Source: Myxococcota bacterium (GTDB lineage Bacteria > Myxococcota_A > Polyangia > Polyangiales > Sandaracinaceae). From it: a DNA stretch of 34,766 nt. Positions 9,866 through 19,046 of the stretch are shown in pieces. Both the position numbers and the translations under genes were made by a program. Numbering within the stretch: the first letter of the stretch is position 1; every line of letters begins with the position of its first letter. The notes under the pieces were generated by a model, which searched no databases, had not been told where the DNA came from, and worked only from the letters and a program-made list of their open reading frames with translations. The stretch is taken from NCBI GenBank assembly GCA_036149055.1, contig JAYZQJ010000027.1, positions 1-34,766 on the forward strand. Direction: 5' to 3'.

Positions 9866-11767
9866 ATGGATAGAGCTCGTCTTCTCTTCGTCGCGGTCAT
9901 CGCGACGCTCGTCGCCGCGGCCTGCGGTAACGAAACCTTCGACCCCATGGATCCGCGGCTCGACGGCGCGCGGCTCGAGATCCTCGGCTCGCCGGCCGTG
10001 AACCTCCGCTACGGCGAGGTGGCCGAGCTCCGCGTCCGCTACGTCGACGCCGACGGCATGCCGATCTCGAACGCGCCCATCGCCTACGAGATCGCCGGGC
10101 TGGCCGAGGGCTCCCGCGTGTCGGCGCTCGAGACGCCGACCACCGGCGAGGGCCAGGCGGCCGTCGATCTGACCGCGGGTGACGCCGACGCCAGCTTCCA
10201 GGTCCAGGTCACCCCGCCGATGGGCGACCCGGTCTTCTTCGACGTCGCGGTCGCGGACACCGACCTCGGCACGATCGTGGTGAGCCTGAGCTACCCGGGC
10301 AGCCGCGAGCTGAACCGCGTCGACACCTTCCTCTTCGAGGGCGTGAGCTGCTCGTCCATCCTCGACCCGCGCTCGCTCCCGACCGCGCTCCGCATGGCGC
10401 CGAGCGCGAGCAGCATCGCGACCATGCCGGCCTTCGCCGGCGTCCCGGTGGGCAACGACTACACCGTCGCGGTGCGCGCCCAGACCGGCAGCACGGTCAG
10501 CGCCTTCGGCTGCCGCGACGGCATCGTCGTCCAGCCCCGCGAGGAGACCGCGGTCAACATCACCCTCCAGGACCTCGAGCTCGTCCCCGACTTCGCCAAC
10601 GTCTGGGACCTCGACAACCGCTTCGACTTCGGCGGCACGCTGCCCGACAGCGTGGAGACCTTTGTGGACGCGCTGGACGAGCTCACCGACGACGACGCCA
10701 CGGACAGCAGCGGCGCTCCGGGCTCCGAGCGCTTCTCCGACGACGACGGTGACGGCATCTTCCCCGAGTACGGAGTCGATCCCGGAGCGTTCATCACCGA
10801 CATCCTGATGCGACAGACCTGCGCGTGGGAGTGCATGGAAGGCGACAGCTACTCGAGCTGCACGCCCACCAACCACCGCCTGGGCGACCTCAGCGCCATC
10901 TACCTTCAGGACTTCACGAGCTGGGATCCCTCGGCCAGCAGCCCCGGCGCGGTCGCGCGCTTCACCGGTGGTTGCGGCGCCTGGGAGTTCGCCCACACGA
11001 ACGTCCAGGTCCTGCTGAACGAGCAGGTCGAGCGCTTCGTCCCCGAGTTCGCCACCAACTGGCTGAACCTGGCGGGCGATCTCTCTCGCGCCATCAACAA
11101 CGCTCACATCCTCTCGGTGCTGACCATCAACGCGCCGGCGGCGGGCATGGAGTTCGAGCTGCCCATGACCCACGAGCTGCAGCAGATGGTGGTCGTGGTG
11201 CGCGATCCGACCTCGGACCCGCCCGGCATGGAGCGCACCTTCACCTTCGCCCTGGCCGACGCGGGGTTCACCAGCCTCGACGCGACCGAGCGCCTGACGG
11301 TCGAAGGCAACACCCTGACCATCCCCGAGCACAGCTTCGTGCTCAACTGGGGTGAGCTCGTCCTCTACATCTACCGCGAGATCTTCCTCCGGGAGATCTT
11401 CGGCGTCGGTGACACCGGCGAGCTCCTCGGGACCTGGATCGACTGCTCCAGCGTGGGCCGTCGTCTGCGCGTGGCGCTCGACGACTGGCTCGGACCGGGC
11501 GTCGGGCCCGACGAGGGCGCGCTCACCAACTACTGCACCATCGGCCTCGGCGCCGCGGGCAGCGCGATCGAAGGAGCGATCGGAAGCTCGCTCGACATCG
11601 AGGGCCGACTCACCATCGAGGGCACCGTCGACGGTGCGGACGTGAACGAGACCAATGCGCGAGTGGGACACCTCGAGAACGGCGTCTGGTCGGGCTTCTG
11701 GGGTGAGGGCGCGATGGAGCGCAACATCACCGGAACCTTCACCGGCACGCCGCGCACCTCGATGTAG
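9866..11767 (+). CDS. Large lipoprotein: Ig-like N-terminal domains plus uncharacterised C-terminal domain
   Basis: Lipobox LVAAAC; GAGGTG Shine-Dalgarno and TAGGAT -10 upstream; beta-rich Big_1-like segment (VRYVDADGMPISNAPIAY..TTGEGQAAVDL); DDDGDG motif. Confidence 0.85.
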   Translation: MDRARLLFVAVIATLVAAACGNETFDPMDPRLDGARLEILGSPAVNLRYGEVAELRVRYVDADGMPISNAPIAYEIAGLAEGSRVSALETPTTGEGQAAVDLTAGDADASFQVQVTPPMGDPVFFDVAVADTDLGTIVVSLSYPGSRELNRVDTFLFEGVSCSSILDPRSLPTALRMAPSASSIATMPAFAGVPVGNDYTVAVRAQTGSTVSAFGCRDGIVVQPREETAVNITLQDLELVPDFANVWDLDNRFDFGGTLPDSVETFVDALDELTDDDATDSSGAPGSERFSDDDGDGIFPEYGVDPGAFITDILMRQTCAWECMEGDSYSSCTPTNHRLGDLSAIYLQDFTSWDPSASSPGAVARFTGGCGAWEFAHTNVQVLLNEQVERFVPEFATNWLNLAGDLSRAINNAHILSVLTINAPAAGMEFELPMTHELQQMVVVVRDPTSDPPGMERTFTFALADAGFTSLDATERLTVEGNTLTIPEHSFVLNWGELVLYIYREIFLREIFGVGDTGELLGTWIDCSSVGRRLRVALDDWLGPGVGPDEGALTNYCTIGLGAAGSAIEGAIGSSLDIEGRLTIEGTVDGADVNETNARVGHLENGVWSGFWGEGAMERNITGTFTGTPRTSM

Positions 11768-11788
11768 CCAGCGCGCAGCAACGCGACG

Positions 11789-11823
11789 GAAGACGGCGCC
11801 CCTCCTCGAGGGGCGCCGTTTTC
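11789..11823. terminator. Intrinsic terminator between convergent genes, possibly bidirectional
   Basis: 12-bp perfect stem ACGGCGCCCCTC-ctc-GAGGGGCGCCGT followed by TTT on the + strand and CTT on the - strand. Confidence 0.8.
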
Positions 11824-13489
11824 AGTTGGAGACCCGGAAGAGATATCCGTCCGAGCCCTGAGGCTCGTACAGGGTCTCCAGCATCACCGGAGCGTCGGAT
11901 CCCCCGGTGACCCAGACCCCGCCGGCGGGGTCGAGCATCACCGAGCTGGTCGTCTCACGCCCCACGCCGCCCCAGGTGCGCACCCACACGACGCCTCCGG
12001 TAGACGCGTCGAGCGCGACGAGGATCCCGTCGCGGTCGCCGGAGTGTGAGACCCGGCCGTCCTCGCTGATGTCTCCGTCCGTGAAGGTGCCGAGGACGAA
12101 CACGAGCTCGGCGGTCGAGATCTGCGAAGTCGGAGTGACGTTTCGCAGCTGGGTGGTCCAGCGCAGCACCCCGGCTGAAGTGTGGGAGCCGATCACGGTG
12201 GGGAAGGGGGCCGTCGCGACGGTGTCGCCTCCACCGAAGTCGAAGTCGCCGCCGACCTGCGCCGTCCAGTAGATGTTTCCGCTCGGGTCCATGGCGACGG
12301 TCTGCGCGAGGTCGGGAGCGTCGTTGCCGGTGGTCACGCTCCAGCGCGATGAGTCGAGGTCGTCATTCCACCCGAGGAACGCCTGCTGCACGTCGGCGGG
12401 AGGATCGCTGACGGTGGCACCGATGATCGTGGCCGGTCCTTCGGCACCTCCGACGATGGCGAACGAGCCGTCAGGGGCGACGGCGACGTCCCGAAGGCGG
12501 TCCGACCCCGACCCGCCCGAGTAGCGAAGCGAGAGGGAGCTCGGGCTGTCGTCGCGTCGAAGCACGAAGGCATCGTCGGCCCCTCCGTTCGGGAGCGTCC
12601 CGAACTCTCCGGTAGCGGAGCCGACCAGGGTCAGGGTCCCGTCGGCGAGCGCCAGCGCGCTCGGGCTCACGCTGTCGGTGGACGGGTACGCCTCGAACCA
12701 CCGCGCCGATCCGTCACTGCCGAGCGACCACAGGTAGGCCGCGAAGCGCGCGGGCGAGGCGTCGTATACCGTGCCGCCGACGGTGACGGTGCCCGCGAAG
12801 CTGCCCGCGACGTAGAGCTCTCCCGTCGGGTTGCGCTCCAGACCCACCACTCCAGAGCTGCCCGAGGCGTCCAGAAGCTCGAGCCAGGCGACGCTGCCAT
12901 CCGGGTTCAGCTGCAGCACACCGGCCGTGAAGCGCGGGCTCGAGAGATCGCGACCGAAGACGTTCGCGTTCCCCTGGAAGGTGAAGGTCACCCAGCGCGT
13001 GTCCCCCTCCCACACGACTTCGTCGATGGAGGAGCGCATGTTGCTGGGAATGGTCAGCGCTTCCGCGATGGGCGGCTGGCCGCAGGCCGCGTCGAAGCAC
13101 GCCTCTCCCCAGCCACAGGTCGTGCCGCATCCGCCGCAGTTCGTGGAGGTGGAGAGCGCCGTCTCGCATCCAGCCTCCGCCGAACAGTCACCGAAACCGT
13201 CCACGCAGCCGGTCATCTCGCAGGCGCCCGCGACGCAGCCGACGACGGCGTTGGGGAAGCTGCACTCGGTCGGCTCCTCGTCCGTCGTGCCGTCGCAGTC
13301 GTCGTCCTCGCCGTTGCACGTCTCGGGGCCGCAGCGGCCGGAGTCGGGGGGCGGCGGGCCGGTGTCGGGCTGGCGGCCGGCGTCACCCGCGTCCGCGCCG
13401 ACGGGGTCGACCTCGAACTTGCCGAAGTCGTCGATGAAAGCGCAGCCGGTGATCAGCGCGCAGGCCAGGAGGGGGGTGAGACGTCGCAT
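11822..13489 (-). CDS. Lipoprotein with Cys-rich repeats and a C-terminal beta-propeller
   Basis: Lipobox LITGC; ETCNGEDDDCDGTTDE (MopE-like metal-binding repeat); NCGGCGTTC repeat; SBBP-like blades (GELYVAGSF, GNIYWT, GGVWVTG). Confidence 0.85.
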   Translation of the reverse strand: MRRLTPLLACALITGCAFIDDFGKFEVDPVGADAGDAGRQPDTGPPPPDSGRCGPETCNGEDDDCDGTTDEEPTECSFPNAVVGCVAGACEMTGCVDGFGDCSAEAGCETALSTSTNCGGCGTTCGWGEACFDAACGQPPIAEALTIPSNMRSSIDEVVWEGDTRWVTFTFQGNANVFGRDLSSPRFTAGVLQLNPDGSVAWLELLDASGSSGVVGLERNPTGELYVAGSFAGTVTVGGTVYDASPARFAAYLWSLGSDGSARWFEAYPSTDSVSPSALALADGTLTLVGSATGEFGTLPNGGADDAFVLRRDDSPSSLSLRYSGGSGSDRLRDVAVAPDGSFAIVGGAEGPATIIGATVSDPPADVQQAFLGWNDDLDSSRWSVTTGNDAPDLAQTVAMDPSGNIYWTAQVGGDFDFGGGDTVATAPFPTVIGSHTSAGVLRWTTQLRNVTPTSQISTAELVFVLGTFTDGDISEDGRVSHSGDRDGILVALDASTGGVVWVRTWGGVGRETTSSVMLDPAGGVWVTGGSDAPVMLETLYEPQGSDGYLFRVSN

Positions 13490-14204
13490 CAGAAGCTCCC
13501 CGAGAGCTGGAGGCCGCCGAGGGTGGGCGTGACGCGCAGGGCCGACTCTCCGCCGCCCTCGTCGGGCTGGAGGAACAGCATCACGGTGCCCGCTCCCACC
13601 GAGAGCACCGACACCGGGAGGAGGATGGTCGAGGCCCAGGCGAGGCTCTCGCCGGTCGAGATGTCCCCCTCGCTCCCCGGTGGGCAGCCCGGCTGACAGC
13701 GCGCCTCGAGGTCGGTGTAGAGGTCGTGGGCGAGCAGGCCCGTCACGAGGCTGGCGATCCCGGCGAGGCCGCCGACGACCTCGAGGGAATCGCGGTGATG
13801 AGCCAGCCCGCGTCGCCGCCGCCGGCGCTCGTCTCGGGCGCAGACATCCGGATCCGCTCCTCCAGCTCCTGGATGCGTCGCCGCGTCTCGTCGGCGTTGT
13901 CCTCCGAGTTGCCGCCCGCCCGGAGGTACGCGCGGAAGGTGTCGACCGCCTGCTGCAGCTGCCCGAGCTCCTCGTGACATCGCGCGATGTTGAACAGCAC
14001 CAGGTGCTGCCGCTCGTAGCCCTCGAGCAGGTCGAACGTGCGCTGGAAGCCTTGCATGGCCAGCGCGTAGTTCTCCTCCGAGAAGCGGTCGGCGGCGTCC
14101 GCGAAGACCGACTGCGCTTCGGTCATCTGGGCCTCGGTCGGCTGCGCGAGCGCCGCGGTGGGCGCCAGACAGGCGAGGAAGAGGGGCAAGAGGGTTCGTC
14201 GCAT
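13489..14204 (-). pseudogene. Secreted TPR protein with C-terminal membrane hairpin, split by a single-base frameshift near 13785-13789
   Basis: The TPR frame (13743-14204) and the C-terminal frame (ending LGGLQLSGSF at 13489) join if one base is added in ATTCCCTCGAG. The span is 716 nt = 3n-1. Its stop overlaps the next ATG (TGATG). Confidence 0.75.
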
Positions 14205-14352
14205 GTGGCTTCCTTGTCTCGTTCGAGGCTACCCCATCTCGGCCCGCGCCCGGCGCGGTTGCGTGGTGGCAGCCTCGGTGACCGAGAGACGGAGAGCCGT
14301 CGACGCAGATGGGCGCCCGGGCGAGGGCCCGGACGGAACGAGCTGAGCTGCC

Positions 14353-14371
14353 CGCGTCGAGCTGCGACGCG
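14353..14371. other. Hairpin just downstream of the 14385 gene
   Basis: CGCGTCG-agctg-CGACGCG with no U-tract, so a terminator role is uncertain. Confidence 0.3.
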
Positions 14372-14384
14372 CGGGTGGCCGGTC

Positions 14385-15848
14385 TCAGCGCTCGGCGTTG
14401 AAGTCGCCGGTGAACTCGCTGCCGAGCAGGGTGCCGTCCCAGTGGCCGGGGCGGAGCGAGCTCGGGCCGGTGACCGGGGCGTTGCCGCGGAGGGTGATCG
14501 GTGAGGTGCCGATCCGCGCGTCGAGGAGCGCCATCAGCGCGCGATCGACCTGCGCCGCGATCTGCATGGTGCAGACGTTGTAGACCGTGTCGCCGACGTT
14601 CCGGTAGTCGACGTTGTCTTCGGCGAAGTCGCCGAGCGCGCGGCAGAAGCCGCTCGAGGCCGCCGCGAGCGCGCTGCCCAGGGTGTCGTGCTCACCGTCG
14701 GTGAGGGTGTAGACGAGCACGTCGACGACCCACGCGATGATCGCGCCGATCGACACGTTCACGTCGTGGCGCTCGATGTGGAAGGTGCCGCAGACCGCCG
14801 ACGCGTTGAACGGCGAGGGCGCGAAGCGCCAGTTCCGGATGGTCTCCGGCGTGCCCATCAGCGGCGTGGAGCGGTAGTAGATCGTGAGGCGGTCCCAGGT
14901 GTGGGTGCCGCGGTAGCTGTCGGTCACCGCGCCGGGCTCGAGGGTCATCGTCTCGTCGATCACCCAGGTGTTCAGGGTGTCGTTCATGTCGGCGATGGCG
15001 CGCGCGAGCGGGCGGGCCCAGGCCGGCACGTAGCGCTCGATGAGCGGGCGGACGAGGTCGCAGAGCTCCATCTCCACCCAGTCCGGCAGGCCGAACTCGA
15101 AGCACGCGGCGTCGCCGGCGATGAAGCGCAGCGGGCCCTCGACGTTCATCAGGAAGCTGTCGAGCCAGTCGGGGAGCGCCTCCCGGATGCGGAGCTCGCT
15201 CGTCATCATCCAGGTGCCCGAGAAGTCGGGGTGGGCGATGTCGCAGACCGCGCCGGGGCGGCAGCGGCCGCCGTCGCACACGTGGCCCGCCTCGGGGCAC
15301 TCCGCGTCCGCCACGCAGGGCTCGCCGCCGGGGCCGGGCACGCAGCTGCCCTCTTCGCACACGAGCCCGATCGGGCAGTCGGTGGTGTAGGTGCAGATGC
15401 AGAGCATGTCCGGGCCGCAGGTCAGCCCGGCGTAGCAGTCGGTCGTGTCCTCGCAGGGCGTGGGCTCGCGCGGGTCCGGGGTGCAGCGGCCGGCGATGCA
15501 GAGCAGGCCCTCGCCGCACTCCGGGTCGAACTCGCAGAAGGCGCCCGACTCGGAGGGCTGCACGCACACCATGTCGCGGCACTCGCCGGGCGACGGGCAG
15601 GGCGAGCAGTCCGAGCCGTCGCCGGGGGGCGGCGGGTTCGGGTCGGCCACGCACATGGGCACGCCGCTCACCGCGGCGCAGACGAAGCCGCGGCCGCAGT
15701 CCGTGTCGCTGGTGCACTCCGGCCCGGGCGGCTCCACGACGCCCGCGTCCGGGTCGGCGGTGGTCGAGCTGTCCGGCGCGGTGGCGGGGCCGGGGCTGCA
15801 GGCCGAAGAGAGCGAGGCGAAGGCGAGGAAGGCGAAGATACGGCGCAC
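14385..15848 (-). CDS. Lipoprotein: Cys-rich repeats plus uncharacterised C-terminal domain
   Basis: Lipobox LSSAC; multiple C-x2-D-x-D/E-C-x2-G-x2-C repeats; the C-terminal ~280 aa resembles that of 9866-11767. Confidence 0.85.
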   Translation of the reverse strand: MRRIFAFLAFASLSSACSPGPATAPDSSTTADPDAGVVEPPGPECTSDTDCGRGFVCAAVSGVPMCVADPNPPPPGDGSDCSPCPSPGECRDMVCVQPSESGAFCEFDPECGEGLLCIAGRCTPDPREPTPCEDTTDCYAGLTCGPDMLCICTYTTDCPIGLVCEEGSCVPGPGGEPCVADAECPEAGHVCDGGRCRPGAVCDIAHPDFSGTWMMTSELRIREALPDWLDSFLMNVEGPLRFIAGDAACFEFGLPDWVEMELCDLVRPLIERYVPAWARPLARAIADMNDTLNTWVIDETMTLEPGAVTDSYRGTHTWDRLTIYYRSTPLMGTPETIRNWRFAPSPFNASAVCGTFHIERHDVNVSIGAIIAWVVDVLVYTLTDGEHDTLGSALAAASSGFCRALGDFAEDNVDYRNVGDTVYNVCTMQIAAQVDRALMALLDARIGTSPITLRGNAPVTGPSSLRPGHWDGTLLGSEFTGDFNAER

Positions 15849-15884
15849 GGGACTACGCTAGCAGACCCGGACGAGCGGGGGGAG

Positions 15885-17459
15885 TCAGGTGCGCCCGAGG
15901 TAGATCTTCAGCGTCTCGGTCGCGTCCCGGCGGTCGAAGCGCTGGTCGCGCAGCTCGCCCCGCTGCGACACCTCGCGGAAGAGCTCCTCGAGGAACGTGT
16001 AGAAGCGGCGGCACTCGGTGGCGGCGGCGGAGAGGCGCTCGGACTCGAGGAGGTCCACGTCGCGCAGGCCCTCGAGCGCGGCGAGGAACGGATCGAGCCG
16101 CTCGTAGTCGTTGGCCCGGACGAGCTGGTAGCCGATGGCGCGGAAGTGCGAGAGGAAGTCGCGCACGAACTGGAAGCTCGCCGCGCCCGCCCAGCGATCT
16201 GCGCTCCCGTCGGCGGCGTGGGCCTTGGCGAGGAACGCGCGGAGGATCTGCATGAACATCCAGATCTCGCGCCGCAGCCGCTCGCTCTCGGCCCTGCGCC
16301 CGAGCACGTCGGACGCGAGCACCGGCGCCGGGTGCCCGGGCGAGAGCACGCGGCACAGGGACACGATGGCGTGGTGCACCGAGGCGCGCAGGGTGGCCGC
16401 GGCCACGATGAGCTGCGGCCCGAGCTCCGCGCCGGCCACCCCCTCGCTCGGCCCCGGCAGGTCGAAGAGGAACACCTTGCGCACGTCCACCCGCAGCCCG
16501 TTGGCCGCCGTCTCGAGGCCGTTCCGGAGGTGGGAGAGCCACTTCGCCTCGCGCTCCAGGGTGGGGCGACGGTCGGCGAGGTCGACCGCGTGGATCGACA
16601 GCAGCTCGCGCTCGAGGCCGCCCGCGATCACGTCGCCCGCGTGCCGCCCGAGGTAGCGGGTCAGCGCCCGCATGTCGCTCCGCAGCACCGCGAGGATGAG
16701 GTAGGAGCGGCGGGCGGACGAGGCGTCGGCGGCGTAGCGGTCGACCAGCTCGAGGTAGCGGAGCGCCCGGAAGAGGGCGAGCATCGTCAGCGCGATGACC
16801 CGGTGGGCGGCCTCGTTGCGCACGGTGTGCAGCGCCTCGAGCACCTCCGCGCTCCGGATCCGGTCGAACTCGGGGCGGAACTCGAGGGCGAGGAGCGGGT
16901 TGAAGTAGACGTTCCGCCCGATCTCCCGGGTCAGCGTGCCGTGCAGCGCCGAGTAGAGCCGGTTGGGCACCAGCTCGAGGCGCAGCAGGCCGTCCGCGAG
17001 ATCCTGCATCGCCCCGAACGCGTTGCGGAGCACGAAGAGCGACTCCTCGGGCGTGTCCTGGGTGAGCTGCTCCTGCAAAAGCCGCCCGCGCGCCGAGTCC
17101 TCGGGGAGCACCGTCTCGAGGTAGCGAGTGAAGGTGTAGGCCTTCTCCCGGTCGCCGAGCAGGCTGCGGACGAGGGTGCCGGTCCGGGTGATCCCGTCCC
17201 GGAGGATGCGCAGCTCCTCCAGGAAGTCGTGCGCGACGGCGGCGGTGGCCCGCGGCGGCCCGGGGTGGTTGCGCGGGTTGCCGAAGGTCGCGACCCCCTT
17301 GAGGAGCATCTCGAGCTCGAAGAGGGTCTGCTCCTTCTTGTCCCACGGGAGCTGCGCGAACCAGCTGTCGCGCGCCGAGGACTGATCGCGCCGCAGCCCG
17401 CGCGAGTCGCGCAGGAGGTTGGCGTAGACGTCCCTCTCGCTGGGAATGGCCGCGATCAC
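15885..17459 (-). CDS. Hypothetical all-helical cytoplasmic protein (~524 aa)
   Basis: Long ORF with strong GC3 bias and natural composition. Start uncertain (GTG 17459 chosen; the track gives 17504). Confidence 0.8.
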   Translation of the reverse strand: MIAAIPSERDVYANLLRDSRGLRRDQSSARDSWFAQLPWDKKEQTLFELEMLLKGVATFGNPRNHPGPPRATAAVAHDFLEELRILRDGITRTGTLVRSLLGDREKAYTFTRYLETVLPEDSARGRLLQEQLTQDTPEESLFVLRNAFGAMQDLADGLLRLELVPNRLYSALHGTLTREIGRNVYFNPLLALEFRPEFDRIRSAEVLEALHTVRNEAAHRVIALTMLALFRALRYLELVDRYAADASSARRSYLILAVLRSDMRALTRYLGRHAGDVIAGGLERELLSIHAVDLADRRPTLEREAKWLSHLRNGLETAANGLRVDVRKVFLFDLPGPSEGVAGAELGPQLIVAAATLRASVHHAIVSLCRVLSPGHPAPVLASDVLGRRAESERLRREIWMFMQILRAFLAKAHAADGSADRWAGAASFQFVRDFLSHFRAIGYQLVRANDYERLDPFLAALEGLRDVDLLESERLSAAATECRRFYTFLEELFREVSQRGELRDQRFDRRDATETLKIYLGRT

Positions 17460-17570
17460 GAACGCGGAGGGTAAACGATCCGCCCCGCCCCGCACCACGT
17501 GCAACGACCCGCGGTCCGCACCCCACGGAGGTCGTGTGACGCCGCGCGCCCGCGGCGGGGGAGGAAGAGC

Positions 17571-18197
17571 ATGAGGACGACCATGAGGAACGGGAGCTGG
17601 ATCGTCGCGCTGGCGCTGACGGGCTGCACCTTCGGGATCTCCGACCAGGTGTCTTTCGCGACCCGGAACCTGGAGATCGAGGGAGACGTCGGGGACGGCG
17701 CGTTCGAGATCGAGGGCGGGACGGTGAACCTCGTGGCCGCCGGGGACACGCTCGAGAACGGCGTCGAGATCTTCGTGGATGGCGCCGCCTCGGGGACCGC
17801 GATCTCGAGCGCCCTCCGCTTCACCGGCAACCTCGGGGCGCTGTGCCCGGGCGCGCGGGTCGAGCTCGGGCGGGTGGGTGACCGGCTCGAGCCGATGGAC
17901 GTCCGCGGCGCCCCGCCGGAGATGGCCACCCAGCTGTCGCTCCTGTCGCTCACCAGCGAGACGGTGGCGTCGAGCGAGAGCGGGACGAACGTGCTCGTAC
18001 CGACGCGGGTGGTGGTCAGCTCGGCGGCGGGCCGCGAGGGCTTCTCGCGCATGACCTTCGAGAGCACGACCGTGGTCGATGGCGAGAGCCGCGTGGTGCG
18101 CGGCAGCTTCGACGTGGCCCGGGTGGTGGAGCCGGCCGAGACGCCTGGCTGGAGCGGCGAGAGCTGGAACGGTCAGCCGATCGATCCCTGGGAGTGA
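17571..18197 (+). CDS. Hypothetical lipoprotein, beta-rich
   Basis: GGAGGAAG before ATG 17571 (alternative ATG 17583); lipobox LALTGC. Confidence 0.75.
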   Translation: MRTTMRNGSWIVALALTGCTFGISDQVSFATRNLEIEGDVGDGAFEIEGGTVNLVAAGDTLENGVEIFVDGAASGTAISSALRFTGNLGALCPGARVELGRVGDRLEPMDVRGAPPEMATQLSLLSLTSETVASSESGTNVLVPTRVVVSSAAGREGFSRMTFESTTVVDGESRVVRGSFDVARVVEPAETPGWSGESWNGQPIDPWE

Positions 18198-19045
18198 TGC
18201 GGCTCGGGCTCGCGGCGCTCCTGTGGCTGCTGCCGGTCCACCCCCTCGCGCAGGGGGCGGGGACCGAGGACGGGGTGCGCCACCCCGACCGGGCGCGCCG
18301 CGATCACCTCGCGTGGATCCTCGCGCGCCACGACCTCGCGCGGCTGCCCTCGCAGCGCGCCTGCTTCGATCGCATCGCGAGCCGGGCCGGCGCGCTCGGC
18401 CGCATGCTGGAGGATCGCGTCGCGCTCGGCCGCGTGCCGGAGGGCAGCCTGGTGGACACCCGCGAGCAGCTCGACGCGCTCGAGGCGGCCGCGGAGGAGG
18501 AGTGCACGGTCACCCGCGAGCTCGACGGTGAGCTCGACCGCGAGCTCTGGCGCGACCCCTTCCTCCGGCGAATGCCCCGGGACCGCGCGATCCTCCGGCT
18601 CGGGACGCGCTTCGAGCTCGCGCCCCGCGTGATCCGGGGCGGCTACGCGCAGGTCTCGGGCTACGCGCTGCGGGGCGCGCTCGGCGTCTTCGTGACCGAG
18701 GCGCTCCGGCTCGAGGCGGTGGTCGCCTTCGCCTACCTCCCGCCCTGGGGGCCGTGGGGCAGCGTGGGCGCCCGGGCGATGCTCACCGCGCCCTGGGCGC
18801 TCTTCCGGGTGGCTGGCGGCCTCGCCGCGAGCGTCATCCTCGCCTCCGACACCCTCGGCGGGCCCAACACGTTCGGCTGGCTCGGCGTGCAGCTCGAGCT
18901 CCCGATCGAGGTCGCCTTCGAGCTCAGCGAGTCCTTCGGGCTCACGGTGACCGGAGGCCCGGTCTACACGCAGGCCGGCGCTCTGCGCCCCGACGTCCGC
19001 GCGGTCGGCTTCCAGCTCGGCGCGATCGCCGAGCTGGTCTTGTGA
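18194..19045 (+). CDS. Secreted hypothetical protein with probable C-terminal outer-membrane beta-barrel
   Basis: Signal peptide, helical N-half, and alternating hydrophobic beta-strands in the C-half; overlaps the upstream stop (GTGATG). Confidence 0.65.
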   Translation: MMRLGLAALLWLLPVHPLAQGAGTEDGVRHPDRARRDHLAWILARHDLARLPSQRACFDRIASRAGALGRMLEDRVALGRVPEGSLVDTREQLDALEAAAEEECTVTRELDGELDRELWRDPFLRRMPRDRAILRLGTRFELAPRVIRGGYAQVSGYALRGALGVFVTEALRLEAVVAFAYLPPWGPWGSVGARAMLTAPWALFRVAGGLAASVILASDTLGGPNTFGWLGVQLELPIEVAFELSESFGLTVTGGPVYTQAGALRPDVRAVGFQLGAIAELVL

Positions 19046-19046
19046 G

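Noticed and set aside
8435..11671. 1078-aa ORF suggesting a giant SDR fusion
   Set aside because: Only 8435-9145 is the SDR; the rest is the stop-free antisense of the XRE and lipoprotein genes.
14688..17474. 928-aa plus-strand ORF
   Set aside because: Antisense shadow of two minus-strand genes, expected with high GC3.
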